DNA of 64,000 nt from Vicugna vicugna (lineage: Eukaryota): positions 620,001 to 684,000 of the forward strand of contig MU058059.1 in the NCBI GenBank assembly GCA_013265495.1, written 5' to 3'. Position 1 is the stretch's first letter. Each line of letters starts with the position of its first letter. The notes below the pieces were generated by a model. That model was not told where the DNA came from. It saw only the letters and a list, made by a program, of their open reading frames with translations, and did no database searches. Positions 38,240 through 52,280 of this stretch are shown here, in pieces. Made by a program: the position numbers and the translations under genes.

Positions 38240-38853
38240 ATCACACTCCTATACATGTGGTATAACAGATTACCATAAACTTAGTGCCTTATAACAACAC
38301 CCATTTTGGGGGTTCAAAGTTCAGCAGGGCAGACATCCGGTGTGGCATGGCTGGGTTCCCTGCTCAGGGCATCATGGGGCCAAAATCAAAGGGTCAGCCT
38401 GGTTAAATTCTCATCTGAAAGCTCTGGGGGAAACACCACTTTCAAACTCATTCTTATTGTTGGGAGAATTCAGCCCCTTGTGGTTGTAGGACTGAGGTCA
38501 CTGCTGTCCAGATGCCTATTATCCAGAGACAGCTCTCAGCTCCCAGAGATGACCTGCTTCCTCACCACATGGCCCCTCCATCTTCAGGCCAGCAAGGATG
38601 CATCAAATCCTTCTTGTGCTTTGAATCTTTGATTTCCTCCACCTCTGACCTCTAGACCCAGACTTAAGGGGCTCCTGTGATTAGGCCAGACTCTCCTGAA
38701 TGGTCTTCTTAACTTAAGATCAACTGTGTCATAGAGCATAACTTAATCCCTAGAGTAAAATCCACCACAGTCACAGTCCTGGTGATTAATGAGGGTGTGT
38801 ACACCACGGGAGTGCGGAATCTTGAGGACCATCTCAGAATTCTGCCGACTGCA
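38240..38853 (-). mobile_element. MaLR LTR, MLT1E-like
   Basis: taacagattaccataaacttagtg...caaactcattc...gttgtaggactgaggtc...ccatctcagaattctgcc. Confidence 0.8.
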
Positions 38854-40149
38854 CCCTCTCCACCTACAAGACTTTCATTTCTCTCAACTAGCTTTGAGAA
38901 CACAATTTAATTCAATCCAGACCAACAGTGTGAATACTACAGCTTCTGCTGATAACCCTGGTCTTCAAAGATCCTCTCAACTTAAAATGATTTCCTGTTA
39001 GAATTTCAACAATATTTTGGAGAAATGTGAAGATAGGTGCCTTGGCAGGCAGAGCTTACAGCCAAGCCATGAGTAACCGCTGACCCCATTGTTCACACCA
39101 CCCTGTACTCCTAGGGATGTGGCTTCTTACATCTGAGCAGAGAGAACACACAGGTTCAGTCACCCTGGGTGGGAATTACCAAGTCACATGATTTTTCCTC
39201 TTTTTTTCCATCCTCAGGGGCTTACCCTGCTGTTCTTGCCTCAGTCCTTTTCTTCAGTAATCAGGAAGTTATCAGGGAAAAAATGAAACCAACTACAACC
39301 CAATTCTCATGCAAAAAAGAACACAACCAATCAGCATGTTGCAACATTCAGCATACTCTACAGAGCAAGAGAACCATCATGTTGCCAGCTACTCTATATT
39401 CAGCCTTCCTTCTTCCAGCAATCATTTCTATAATTAGCACTGGCACACTGTGCCTAATTAGTTATTTTGGTGGCATATGGGCATGAAATGTATGTGTTCC
39501 TTAGTCACCCTATTTTACCGTTCAATTGCCTGTAGAGATTTTTCAAAAAATGAATAATTAAGCTTATTTCTTTGTCTCTTGTTTTCCAATTCCCTTAGAT
39601 TCTAGTCAGGTGATATCATTATACTGTATCCATGGCAATGTTCATTATCTACATCCATAGGTGAATTCTTTGGGGGCTGCTGGTAAAATAAAAATTTTCC
39701 CTTAATCTGGCTTCAACTTGTAGACCATAAATGATGAAGCAGTTAAAAATCACTGGTGCTAATATGGATTTACCCTTCAGTTAGCACGGCATGCTAATGC
39801 CCACATTCAATTCCCTACTGTGTATCCTTTTTTTTCTTTTAAGTTTGACAGAGAAATACATAAACCCTTTATCTACATCACAGTTTTGTTCTAATGAATT
39901 GCTCAATTATAACACCCGGACAATGTAATGCTATGGAAATGGTCGTGATATTTTTAGACAATGTATAAACAAGAGTTTAAATTTGAAATGATAAATTCCA
40001 CAAAACACTTCAAAACAGATTAACTTCAAAGTATCAAAGCAGTTAATAAAAGCCACCACTCAGATACCTTAGAGCACTAATTTTACAGATACACACCTCA
40101 TGGCCTGCTTTTAACTACTTTGCTGGTTGTAAAGCTGCACTGTTGATGA

Positions 40150-40380
40150 GTAAATAGCAAAGGATTTGGAGACAGGAGACATGGGTTTGAATTCCAGTCC
40201 TACAACTCTCCGTGTATGCGGCCATCACCAAGTTACTGAACTTGCTTCCAATCTTAGCTTCTTTATTTGAAGACTCAGAATCATCATAATAATAAGCTTA
40301 TGTGATTCCTGTGAGGAGTAGAGAGAATACAATTGGCACGTAGGAAGTGACCAATACATGGTGCTGCTCTTATTACTACT
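40150..40380 (+). mobile_element. MIR
   Basis: ttggagacaggagacatgggtttgaattccagtcc. Confidence 0.6.
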
Positions 40381-41069
40381 GAAATGGTCCTGATGTGGAG
40401 TTTTAGGGGAAGGCAGACTCTTCCACCATGCCCCAGAATTTCTGAATCAGAATCTGCAGTTTCACAAGATCCTCAGGTGATGCATGTGCACATTAAAATT
40501 GAGGAGGCATTCGTACTGAAGACAGCAAGCTCGTGGAATGTGGACGTTTCACTTTAGTCATAAACATGAAAATGTTTCCATGGATTAATTTCTAATATAT
40601 GATTTGAAATGAAATTCTTTCAGACTTTTTGCCTGTGTTGACAAGATCTAAATGGTAGAATTTCTCCTCTTTTCACTCCCAGGCTAACAGAAAAATTAAA
40701 TTAATAAAATAAAATTAAATTAAATTAAATTAAATATCTAGAGAGGCCTTAAAAGAATCTATAGAGTCTAAACCTCATTTATAAAGACTGGGGGACAAGG
40801 TCAAGGAGATGAGCAGGTTAGTGGCGGAACTGGCATCACATATTTCTTATGCAAATATCTTTTAGACTACAGATTTAATTCAATACAAACAGGCGAGAGC
40901 TTTATTTTCTTCAATGAATTGAACACAGCCTAGCCACTTTAATTAGTTAATATACTCAGGTTTTAGCAATCACCCCCATCATGCCTATGCAGTATATTAG
41001 GTATTTAATAGGAGCAGGGAGCAAAGAATTAGGGTACAAGTATGAAGTAGACAAATTACTAGAATGCCT

Positions 41070-41290
41070 AAGAGTTTAGACTTCAGAGTCAGATTCAAAT
41101 CCTGCTTGAGGCATCAGGCAAGTATTAAACTCTCTTCATCCTTAACTCTCTGAGCCTTGGTTTCTTCATCTATAATACAAGTTTAATAAAACATGTTTTA
41201 CAAAGTTGTGAATAATAAATGAGACCTCATAGAAAGATACAGCATAAGAGCAAGGCACTTAATAATTGCTCAATAAACAATGACAGTACT
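41070..41290 (+). mobile_element. MIR
   Basis: ctctctgagccttggtttcttcatctataat...gtgaataataaatgaga. Confidence 0.7.
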
Positions 41291-41365
41291 ATTTATGGTA
41301 TTATTTGGCATGGCTAACGAGCTCACAGATATGTTGGGAGAAAACATGAACATGGGTAATACACT

Positions 41366-41930
41366 TAGTGTCCTAAAAGGAGGCAGGAATCACATTCATT
41401 ATTTTAACAGGAAGAATTTGTTAAAAAGAACTACTAAGTAGGTATGGTAAGAACAGAAAAGGCAAAAAGAGGACACCAGAGGATCCCAGAGTGAGCAGCA
41501 GCAGGAAGTGGGATGAGGGCTGTGACAAGGAGCAAAGAGGATGAAATTATTAAAAATTCAGAAGCTTCGAGGAGGAGGCCTGGGAAACCAGAAGTCAGAC
41601 CTCAGAGAACAGAATGCTTGGCTGGTATCTCTGACATGGGCACCATAAGGTTGTTCTGGAAACTTGGAGAAAACTGCAAACTGTACTCAACGGCTACAAG
41701 TGGGCAGAATTTCTGTTGCCTGCAGCTCACAGTTACAGAAGACAGGAGGTTAACCTCCCTCCTCTAGCCTTCCTTTTTCCCACTATTGTTCCCTATTCCG
41801 ACAGCCTCACAGGGAGCAGCTGGCAAAGGAGGGATGAGGCTTGCAGAGCAGCAGCCCAGCCAGCACCTCAAAGCAGAGTATTGAAAAGATGGATGTGGAG
41901 CTGAGAGTTAACAGCTTTCTAAGTGGCATT
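41366..41930 (-). mobile_element. ERVL LTR79-like
   Basis: cagcacctcaaagcagagtattgaaaagatggatgtggagctgagagttaacagc is a reverse LTR79/LTR78-type 5' end. Confidence 0.6.
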
Positions 41931-41957
41931 TCAGGCTGTTGTAATGCAAGACCAGGT

Positions 41958-42415
41958 GAATGCACCACACTGTTGACAGCAGCACTATTTACAATAGCCA
42001 AGACACGGAAGCAACCTAAATGTCCATCGACAGAGGACTGGATAAAGAAGATGTGGTATATTTATACAATGGAATACCACTCAGCCATAAAAACCGACAA
42101 CATAATGCCATTTGCAGCAACATGGATGCTCCTAGAGAATGTCATTCTAAGTGAAGTAAGCCAGAAAGAGAAAGAAAAATACTGTATGAGATCGCTCATA
42201 TGTGGAATCTAAAAAACAAAAACAAACAAACAAAAACAAAGCATAAATACAGGACAGAAATAGACTCATGGACAGAGAATACAGACTTGTGGTTACCGGG
42301 GGAGGGGGGTAGAGGGTGGGAAGGGATAGACTGGGATTTCAAAATTGTAGAATAGATAAACAAGATTACACTGTACAGCACAGGGAAATATACACAAAAA
42401 AAAAGAAAAAAAAAA
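41958..42415 (+). mobile_element. Young camelid L1 3' fragment (ORF2 C-terminus plus shortened 3'UTR)
   Basis: The translation TAALFTIAKTRKQPKCPSTEDWIKKMWYIYTMEYHSAIK...ICGI* is the L1 ORF2 end. Poly-A at 42396-42415. Confidence 0.92.
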
Positions 42416-44397
42416 CTGGTATTAACAGTATTTAATCTGATAAGGAAAACTAAAAACTCTTCATGTAACTTTACACTATTTCCAATGTTTTAGATATGAG
42501 ATATTTAAGGAAAATCATTCTGGGGCAAAATCTTCCCACAGTTAGCAATTTCTTTCAATTTTCCTACTCATGTCCTTTGACAAGATATAATAAACTCTAA
42601 AATGCTAATGCATCCAACAATGGGTTTGTGAAGAAGATTTGCTTTGAAGTTTAGTTGTGTTCCCATAACAATTCTGTACACAATGCGAGTCACATGAGTT
42701 TTTTAAGGAGACATAAGAAAAAAACTGTATTATGCAAGTGGACATGGGACTTTTTGTGACATCTGAGACTTTCATGCACAGTCTGAGTTACATAATTATT
42801 TCACTGAATAAAGACTACCCTTGATGGTTGTGCAGCTGTGAGTTCATGCTGCTCTCTTGCTGCAGAGGTGGATAGCTATGTACAGACTCTGTTCTTCCCA
42901 CCTTCTCATTTAAAAATAAACCTCTAAAGAACTTGAATGCGAAAGCATTAGCTTAACATTTCATTAATAATTTCAATGCAAAAAAGCAAAAGTAACATGC
43001 AGTCACCCACATGGAATATGTTATATTCTTGAGTTCCATTTGTAAAATGATTCTTAATTTAGAAAGGAAAGATTTATATTATCAAAGTAGTATTCACTAA
43101 AAAGAAGTTAACTGTTGTTTAAAATTTTTTGAATGTACTTATTTCTAAAGACAGTAAGACTAGAAGAGTTCTTAACAACTTATATTCCTATGCTTGATGT
43201 GCTGTAAATGCATAGACTGCAATTTTGCAAGGAATGCTGTAATGAAACTATTTTTACTTTTTATTCTTACTTTAAAAATTATTCTTATTATAATAGAACA
43301 TCATAATATTTTACTAATGTCAACATTTTTATTTGATCATGTATCATAAAAAGTAAATGGAATATGCATGTAAATAGAAAAGTAAAGAAATGAATCAGAG
43401 CTATATCTCAAAAGACAGGAGGTACTAAATGATGACAATAATCTTTTATATGAAAATGCTCTCTTGATAAAAATTGTTTCTCAGACTTCTCAACTTTTCC
43501 TAGGCTAAATTTTACCATTCGTGGTGTAAATGAACTAAGGAAAAACACTAGTCACAGAGATTCAACTATACTATTCCAAATACCGCCATAACAAATATTT
43601 TATACCATGTGAATACTGCTTCTAAGCATTGTCTGTGCTTACTGTTCACATTGTTATCCATCAGCATAAAAAGGAAAGGCATTAAAAACATGGTTTGGAT
43701 TATTTAAAACCAACCCAGCCTTGTTATAGGAGTGAAGGAACTCAAGACAGGCTGAAACTGTCTTAGGTGGAGTGTAAAGTCAGAGAGAAGCAGGAAAGGT
43801 ACTCAGCAAGCTTCCATTCTATCTGGAGTCTGTTCAGCTGAATTAAGATGAGAGGAAAGAAGCAGGTAATAGAGTAAATTGAACCCACAGGTAGACCCAG
43901 AGCAATCAGCTCTGCATCGGGGCCCTTTGGAAAGAATCTTAGGTCTGTAAAGCAGTGGTACAGAAAGCTGAGATCTGAGCATCCACGCTCCACATGCCTG
44001 ACCACAGCCTGACTGAGGGAGTAGCCACTTCACTGGTTCGCGGAGGGTGCCTGATACACAGTTTTATCGATGAGTGAGATCTGTGATGCTCTTGTTAATT
44101 TTTTTAAGCCACATTTTTCTCTGAAAGTGAAATTCATGACAGCTTCCTACTACACTTGGTACTTACTACTAATAAATCGACAAAGAAACATGCAGTAATG
44201 ATAAACTAAGCAGCAGAAAGGCACAGAAAGGACACAAATGACAGTTTGGTAAAATACTCAGCCTCACAAGAATTCTAAATGTTAACACAGTTACATCCTT
44301 ACCATTCTCACCTGTCATGCTGTCAAATATTTTTAATAATAATAAGCAATGTGAGAAGGGCTCACACTTTTTTCTTATCCACTACTAGTCTCAGTAA

Positions 44398-44920
44398 GAG
44401 GAGGAAACATCATACTGCTTTTCATAGAAGTGCACCATTTTGTATTCCACCAACAGTGTGTAAGGGTTTCAGTTTTTCCACATCCTCTCCAAGGCTTATT
44501 TTTTTGTTTGCTTTTATAATGGCCATCCTAACAAACGTGAGTTGATACTTCACTGTCACTTTGATTTGCATTTCCCCCAGGATTAGTTATGATGCGGATC
44601 TTTATATCTATTGGTCATTTGTATGCTCTCACTGGAAAAATATCTATTCAAGTCCTTGGCCCATTTTTTTTAATCAGGTTATTTATTTTTCCTATTGAGC
44701 TGTAGAAGTTCCTTACATATTTTTGATATTAACCCCTTACCACCTATAGGGTTTACAATATGTTCTCCTATTCCATAGGCTGCCTGTTAACTGTTGCTGT
44801 GCAAAAGCTTTTTAATTTGATGTAGTCCCACTTGTTTGTTTTTGCTTTTGTTTCCTGAGCTTTGGTATCATATCCAAGAAATCACTGCCAACACCAATGT
44901 CATGCAACTATTTCCTTCAC
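44398..44920 (-). mobile_element. L1M ORF2 fragment
   Basis: gcaccattttgtattccaccaacagtg...gtgcaaaagctttttaatttgatgtagtcccacttg. Confidence 0.85.
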
Positions 44921-45113
44921 TTTTCCAACTGCTTCTTAGTTTCCAAAATAATGCCTCTCTTTTTCCTGTTGATATCCTTTTACTGCAAAAGAGAAAATGT
45001 GTGTACTCAATCCGCCTTGCTCTGCCGTAAGTCCTAATGTTTGTTTTGAGTTTCAAGTATATCTGGATTTACAGAGAAGTGAAACGAGTACACATCATTG
45101 CGTGATGCTAGTG

Positions 45114-45163
45114 AGAATAATAAAAAGAGCTTTGTTGTAGAATAATAAAAAGAGCTTTGTTGT
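45114..45163. repeat. 25-bp tandem duplication at a MIR tail
   Basis: agaataataaaaagagctttgttgt occurs twice. Confidence 0.9.
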
Positions 45164-45410
45164 TGAGCATTACTATGTGCCAGGTACCATCTTAAGAACT
45201 TTGCATTCATTATCTCATTTCGGTTCTAAAACAACCCTGAGAAATTGGTAGAATTCTTACCCTCATTTTATAGATAAGGAAACCGGGGCTTAGAGGTCAA
45301 ACATTTATCCAGTATCATAAATCTTTTAATTGTGTAATTTCCCACAAGATGCAGAGAGAGGACTGAAATCCAAATTCTTTCAATTTCAGAGTCCAAGTTT
45401 TAACCGCAAT
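45160..45410 (-). mobile_element. MIR
   Basis: ttgagcattactatgtgccagg...acaaccctgaga...cctcattttatagataaggaaac. Confidence 0.8.
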
Positions 45411-45690
45411 AATATAAAGCTTTTATCATAGCTTAAAGGGATATACACACATCACCAATAATGTTAACAGAAATTGGTTTCTCTGGTAACCTATACTGTG
45501 TATTTCTCACCAGTGGTGACCTAGAACAAAAATTGGAAGACTGTACATTATTTCTTAAGTAACAACAGTTTCCCCGTTATATATCCCCACATTTTTCAAT
45601 GTAATGCAGAGGAAATATCTCTGATTACCTAGAGTCCTCATACTTTCTGAAAGGACTAGAAAATGTTTCATTCTAAGGCAAAATGACTTT

Positions 45691-46029
45691 GTTTTCAGGT
45701 TTTTGTTTCAGGTTTTATTGAAGCATAGTCAGTTTATAATGTTGTGTCAATTTCTTGTGTACAGCATGTTTCAGTCATACATGAATACACATAGATGCCT
45801 TTTCATATTCTTTTTCATTATAGGTTACTACAAGATATTGAATATAGTTCCCTGTGCTATACAAAAGAAACTTGTTGTTTATCTGTTTTGTATTATAGTA
45901 GTACCTGCAAATCCCAAACTCCCAATTTATTCCTTCCCACCCCCTTTCTCCTCTGGCAACCATAAGTTTGCTCTCTATGTCTGTGAGTCAGAAACATTTT
46001 GTAAATAAGATTATTTGTGCCTCTTTTTT
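45691..46029 (-). mobile_element. Camelid-type L1 3' end
   Basis: Perfect 15-bp TSD aggcaaaatgacttt (45676-45690 and 46030-46044) flanking a reverse L1 3'UTR. Confidence 0.93.
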
Positions 46030-46099
46030 AGGCAAAATGACTTTACATTTTAACTAGAATTACAAAATATCCAACTAAATAACAGTAGTAGATAAATAA

Positions 46100-46562
46100 C
46101 AATACCCTACTCCTCTAGGTATCCAGGTCTTTCTCACGTGACCTGGTAGCTCCTCCAAATGAGAAGTGGAGTCTGTTTTCCTACAGCTTAACTCTTAACT
46201 GAATTTGTGACTCAATCCTGCTCACAGAATGCTCCATAAGCCATGATGTGCCAGCTTCAGTGTTTGCACACACTCTTCTCTTGCTTGGACATCTGAGTCT
46301 AAGTGGCTAACCTGCTAGAGGACGAGAGTCCATGGAGAACAGAGCCAAATCCCGCAGTTCTCCCAGCCGAGGCCCAGCCCGGGGAGCAAGCCCAGGCGAG
46401 AGTCAAGCGGCAGCCTACCAGGCCCTGAAAGAGCCCAGCTGATCCCGCCAACATTTATAACCCACAGGACTGTGAGATAAGTAAGTGCTTATTGTTTTGA
46501 TCCATCAAGTTTTAGAGTGGCTTATAATACAGCATCACTGGGGTTATGGTTAATTAATGCAA
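46100..46562 (+). mobile_element. MaLR LTR, MLT1H-like
   Basis: cccagccgaggcc...acccacaggactgtgag...ttattgttttgatccatcaagttttagagtggc. Confidence 0.6.
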
Positions 46563-47858
46563 AGGACAAAGCAGCATCTCTAGAATTTCAAGTACTGCTC
46601 TCTGTATGGCCTAGAATTGGAGAATCTTAGTCTCTGCTTAGAAATAAAGCTTAAGACTAATCCATTATCCTTCCTAAAGCAGCTCTGAGCCTTCCCTAGA
46701 AGTCAATACCAATGTGACTTAACATTTAGCCTGGGGAGGAAAAGCATCTGTGTCACTTCCACAAAGAGGATCCACTCTTCCTCCCTCATATCTGGAATCA
46801 AATGTTGAGGTCCTTCACATTAACAGCAATATAAAATATTCACATTAAGCATGCATTTCAAGATTTGTTATTACTTACATGTGGAATCTTAAAAACAAAA
46901 ACAAAAACAATTAATACAACAAAACAGAAACAGACTTACAGTTACAGAGAACAAACTAGTGGTTACCAATGGAGCGAGAGACAAGGGGAGGGGCAAAATG
47001 GGGGTAAGTTCTGCAGGAATTTAGAGTAGTCAGAAATCAAATAGTCAGCAAATATGCCAATACATGTCCAGAGAACACTTTACTAAACTGGTACGTATGG
47101 GGAAAAAAAGTTTTTCCATCAAAATTCTAGGAAAATGTTCTATTCTCTATCCATTTAGTGAAGATTCAAAATATCCATTAATACCTAAAGAAAAAAAAAG
47201 GTCTGCAGATGGACTTCTACATAATAAAATATTTCCCTTTTTTGTCTCTAATGCCTTACTAAGCATCTGGCAGAAGTCACTTCTCTGGAACACATTTTGG
47301 GAACCAGTTGAGATAAGAATGTTTTCATAAAGAAGGTCACATTTGGGCCTGGATTTTAAAGGATGAGTAAAATTTACATGACAGGTAGAATTAGGAAAGT
47401 GTTGTCCAGGCAAGAGGAAATCATAAATATCCTTTGGGCACCCATAGAAGACTTTGTTTGCATGGTGAACCACACAGCCCTCATGCTTGGGGACTCTGAG
47501 CTTCTATGCAATAGAAACCTGTATGACAGGCAGCCTTCTAAGCCCTGAGCACACAACGGCGAAAAAAAAAGTAGGAACATGGAAAAAGCATGGCACATAC
47601 ATGTAACAAGGATGCAACCAGCAGGACTGATGTTGAAAGTCAGGTTTAGTGAAAAATGAGGTCCAAATTGTGGAATGTGCCAATCATTCAAGGAGGCAAA
47701 ACTGTGAGTGAAGACTAGAGAAATTAAGACTTGGATCAAGGAAATAGGACTCTGGAAGAAAAATTGAACAAAGTTGAGTGTTTGAATAGTGGCATTTTCT
47801 TCCTATTACAAAATCTGTAATTTCTTATGCACAACTGTGCACTGTAAAATACTCTATG

Positions 47859-48220
47859 TGTTACGGACTACATGTTTATGCCCCCTAGAATTCGTTATGT
47901 TGAAACCCCAGTCACAATGTGATGGTATTAGGAGTGGGGCCTTTGGGAGGTAACTAGGTCATGAGGGTGGAGTCCTCACAGAATGGGTTAGTGCCCTTAT
48001 AAGAAGAGACATGAGAGAGCTTATTTCCTTTAACGCTGTCTACCACATGAGGATACAATGAGAAGACCACTGTGCTGTCTGCAAATCCAGGAGAGGGACT
48101 TTACTAAGAATCAAATCTGCCAACACCTTGATCTTGGGATTTCCAGCCTCCATAACTGTGAGAAATAAATATTTGTTATTTAAGTCACCTAGTCTATAGT
48201 AGACTGCCCAGACTAAGTCA
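47859..48220 (+). mobile_element. MaLR LTR, MLT1A0-like
   Basis: tgttacggact...aatgtgatggtattaggagtggggcctttgggagg...gactaagtca. TSD ctatg/ctgtg. Confidence 0.88.
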
Positions 48221-48404
48221 CTGTGGTTAGGTAAAAATAACACATTTTTTAAATAATATATACTAAATTATAATGGAATATCTCATTCAATAAAGGTAAT
48301 TAGCTCCAATGCATGTCACAGCTTAAAAATGTCTATAGATTAGTAGGAATTATTAATTGCTTTATAAGCCAATGTAAAATTACAAATTTCCAGTACAAGA
48401 TGGA

Positions 48405-48890
48405 TTTTTTTGAAGTATAGTTGATTCACAATGTTGTGTTAGTTTCAAGTGCACAGCAAAGTGATTCACATATATAAATATATATATATATTCTTTTTTG
48501 ATTATTTTCCATTATAGGTTATTACAAGATATTGAATATAGTTCCTTGTGCTATAAAGTAGGTCCATGCTGTATACCTATTTTATAGTAGTATGTATCTG
48601 TTAATCCAAACCTCCTAATTTATCCTTCCCAACCCTATCCCCTTTGGTAAGCATAAGTTTGCTTTCTAGGTCTTGACTCTGTTTCTATTTTGTAAATAGT
48701 TTACTTTTATCATTTTTTAGATTCCACATATAGGTGACATCATGTGATATTTATCTTTCTCTGACTTTCTTCATTGATATGATAACCTTAGGTCCATCCA
48801 TGTTGCTGCAAATGGCATGATTCCATTCTTTTTATTAAGTAATAGTCCATTATATGTATATACCACATTTTCCTTATCCATTCATCTATC
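48405..48890 (-). mobile_element. Cetartiodactyl L1 3' end
   Basis: ttgaagtatagttgattcacaatgttgtgttagtttc...tagattccacatataggtgacatc. Confidence 0.9.
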
Positions 48891-51859
48891 AAGGTTTGTT
48901 TCAGATTACCTGCTGAAGTTTGTTTATAAGAAAATGTCTTAATTACTAACAGTCCATCACAAAAAGAGATTCAAAAATACATACTTTAGGAAGTGAAAAA
49001 AAATAATCCCAGAAAGGTCTGACAGCAAGAAGGAATGGTGATCAAAGAAATTACTAAACAAACGGTAAATCTAAAAACTTTTTACTGGAAAAACAATAAG
49101 GATTATGAGAATTATGTCAGTATTCAGGGTTTTTAAAAAGCCAAGATAGAGCTTAGGTATTAAACAACAATAATATATATTCCAGAGGCAGGGGTGATCA
49201 GATATAAAGTGCTCTAGTCTAGGTCTTTGTATTGTTATATCATGTTATTAACAACAATACTGTGTAGTAATAGCATATAAATAGGCAGAATTGTATGTAG
49301 AATATAAAGTCTAAAAATAAACCCAAATACACAAGGGAATTTAGTGTATGATGTAGTCTGGTTTCGCAAAACCTGACAGAAAGATAGGCTATTTAATGAA
49401 TGGTGTTGGGACAATTAGAAATGATGGGAAAATAGAGGAGTGAATTCCCACACTTAGAATAAATTCCAAGTAGATCAATATTTAAATATAAAAGAGTAAA
49501 ACCATAAAGATCCTAGAAGAAAAGATGAGGAAATTCTTTCTAATCTCAGGATGGGGAGGGACTTTCTACCCATGACCCAAAACCCTGAAGCCACTGTTTA
49601 AACAGCCTGATTAGTTGAATTCCATAAATACAAAAAGGTGCATAGTTTTTAAAAAGTCAAAAGACAAATGAAATAGAGGAAATATGTGCAACACATGCCA
49701 AAAACAAAGGGGAAAAAAACCTTCCTAATATAGTAAAAGTTTTCTAGAAATCAATAATAAAAAGATGAACAAGTCAATTGAAAAGTTAGACCAAGGATAT
49801 GAAAAGTTAGTTCACAGCCCTGGAAATATAAATAATCCTTAAACGTGAAAAATGCTCAACTAGTCTAATAATAAAGAAAATGCAAAATTAGAACTCTACT
49901 GTGTCACAATTTTTTCAGCCATCTGATAACAGTCTGTTAACACACTCTCTTGATGCGTTTAGGCAAAAACAGGCATTCTCATACACTGCTCATGGAAATG
50001 TAAATTGGTACTATTCCTGTTGAGGGAAATTTGGCAAAGCTATCGATGTTTAAAAGGTATATAATGTATAACCCGTTAGTATTTCTGGGACTTTATTAAA
50101 ACTGTATTTGCACATGTATAAAATAAATAAGCACAATGTTTTTCATTTCAAGATTATCTTAATGACAGAATGGAAGAAATTTGGATATCTATAAATATGC
50201 ATCAGGTTAAATAAAATTTACAGAATTGAATATTATGCAGCAATAAAATAAATGAGAGAGAAAGGAGTTAGCAATGACAGAAAAAATGAGAAAAAGAAAT
50301 GGGAAAAATTTTAAATATAAGAATGAAACTAGAGTTGTTATATTTTTGAACTCTGTATATGCATTGTATAGTCAAAGAAATTTTATTTTAAAAGACTTCT
50401 GCTGCACTGATTTAGAAAAATATATAATTTGGCATAAGTTTTACTTATAAGTGATATGCATATAACCAAAAGGAAAGGTTAAATACAAAGAAAAGAAAAA
50501 GAAAGAAATTTAAAACGGTTGAGATAATGTATAAACTTAAAATAGTTCAGATAATGTATATTATGATCTCAGATCACAGATCAAACAATTAAATAAAAAC
50601 AATAAAAGTAAAACTATCTTTAAAGTCCAAATATTTAATACTTAACAGTATACTTATAAGTAACTCATGGTTTAAAGAAGAAATCATGTGGTAGTTTAGA
50701 AAATACTTTAAATTTAATAAAAATAAATGTTCAATATATCAAAATTTGTGGGATAGAGATATAGCATCTCTAAGAGACAAATAATAACAGTAAATTTTTA
50801 TAAGAAGAACATGAAAAATTAGAACTCTACCATGATACAATTTTTCAAACAATCAATGAATTAAGCATCCATCTTAAGACTCTAGAAGATAACGAATTAA
50901 ACACAAAAGAAGCAGAAGAATGGGAATAATATAAAAACAGAAATCAATAAAAAAGCAAAAAATAGAAAAATCAATGAAGCAAAAAGCTAATTATTTTCAA
51001 AGATTAATAAAGTTTGAGGCATGCTTAAGTCTCTGGTTGGATTGAGGTGAACAGAAAGAGAGAGACAGAAACGGAGAGACAGATAGGTACAGAGAGAGGA
51101 GAGAGAGAAGGATTTGACAATATCAGGGATAAAAGAAAGACCATCAATGAAGATTTCATGTAATTCCTTCCAGTTCTGTGTAAAATGGAGTAAGTACTTA
51201 TTCTTTATCACTTATTCTTTATCACTTTATCTTTATCACTGAATGCATCTGTATAAAACAAAAACAAACAAACAAACAAAAAAACCACTGTATGAAGCAG
51301 CTGTTGGAGAAGGACTCTGGAAATTAAATATTAGCAGGCAGATATGGAAGAAGACCAGAATGTAAATTATCACGGAATCTGCAGTGTGTTTACCACTTAC
51401 CTTCTTCCTGTATCCGCACGCTTGAATGCATTACAGCCTGAAACTTAGACGTGGACATTAGCTGAATACAAGAAGATCAAGGATAGACCTCCAGCTATGG
51501 CTGAAAGAGCAGGAAAGGGAATTCCTAACATTCAGAGTGACGACATCTTCAGGTTGTTCTTCTTTCCTCCATTCTTTCACAACCTAGCCCCCAGAAATCC
51601 TCTACGACCTCAAACTACCTCATCCTATCCTCAAACTACCAAAAGCTAAAGACAGTAAAAACACTAGAAGAAGTCAGAGATAAGCAAAGCATTTCTTTTA
51701 GAGGAACCGCAACTTAAATTACTGTGGATTTCTCAAAATCTATGCAGGCCAGAGGAATTGACCCCCCTTTTTTTAAATTCTGAAAGACAATTATCAACCC
51801 AGAATTTTATTTCCAGTGGGGGAAAAAAATCTTTGAGAAGTTAAGGTGAAATAAAAACT

Positions 51860-52280
51860 GAATTAATCTGCTAGGGCTGCTATAACAATGCCCCACAAAC
51901 TGAGGAGCTTAAACAAAAGAAATTTATTGTCTCACAGCTCTGGAGGCTAGAAGGCTGAAATCAAGGTGTCCTCAGGATGGGTTCCTCCTGAGAGCTCTAA
52001 GGAACAGATCTGTCCCAGGACTCTCCTTTTGGTGTGTGTGTGGCCATGTTCTCCTTGTGTCTCTTTACGTTATTTTCCCTCTATGTGTGTCTGCCTCTGT
52101 CCAAATTTCCCATTTTCATTAGAACATCAGTCATATTGGATTAGAGTCCACCCTAAGACCTCATTTTAACTTGATTATCCCTGTAAAGACCCCATCTTTA
52201 CATAAAAATACATTCTGATATACTGGAGGTTAGGACTCCAACATGTCTTCTGTGGGGTTATGGGGGGGGCACAAATCAAC
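51860..52280 (-). mobile_element. MaLR LTR, MLT1B/C-like
   Basis: ctagggctgctataacaa...gaaatttattgtctcacagctctggaggctagaag...cagtcatattggattagagtccaccctaa. Confidence 0.85.

Noticed and set aside
42420..43760. AT-rich block as a possible minus-strand 3'UTR or DNA transposon
   Set aside because: No adjacent coding exon, TIRs or recognisable consensus; I cannot support either call.
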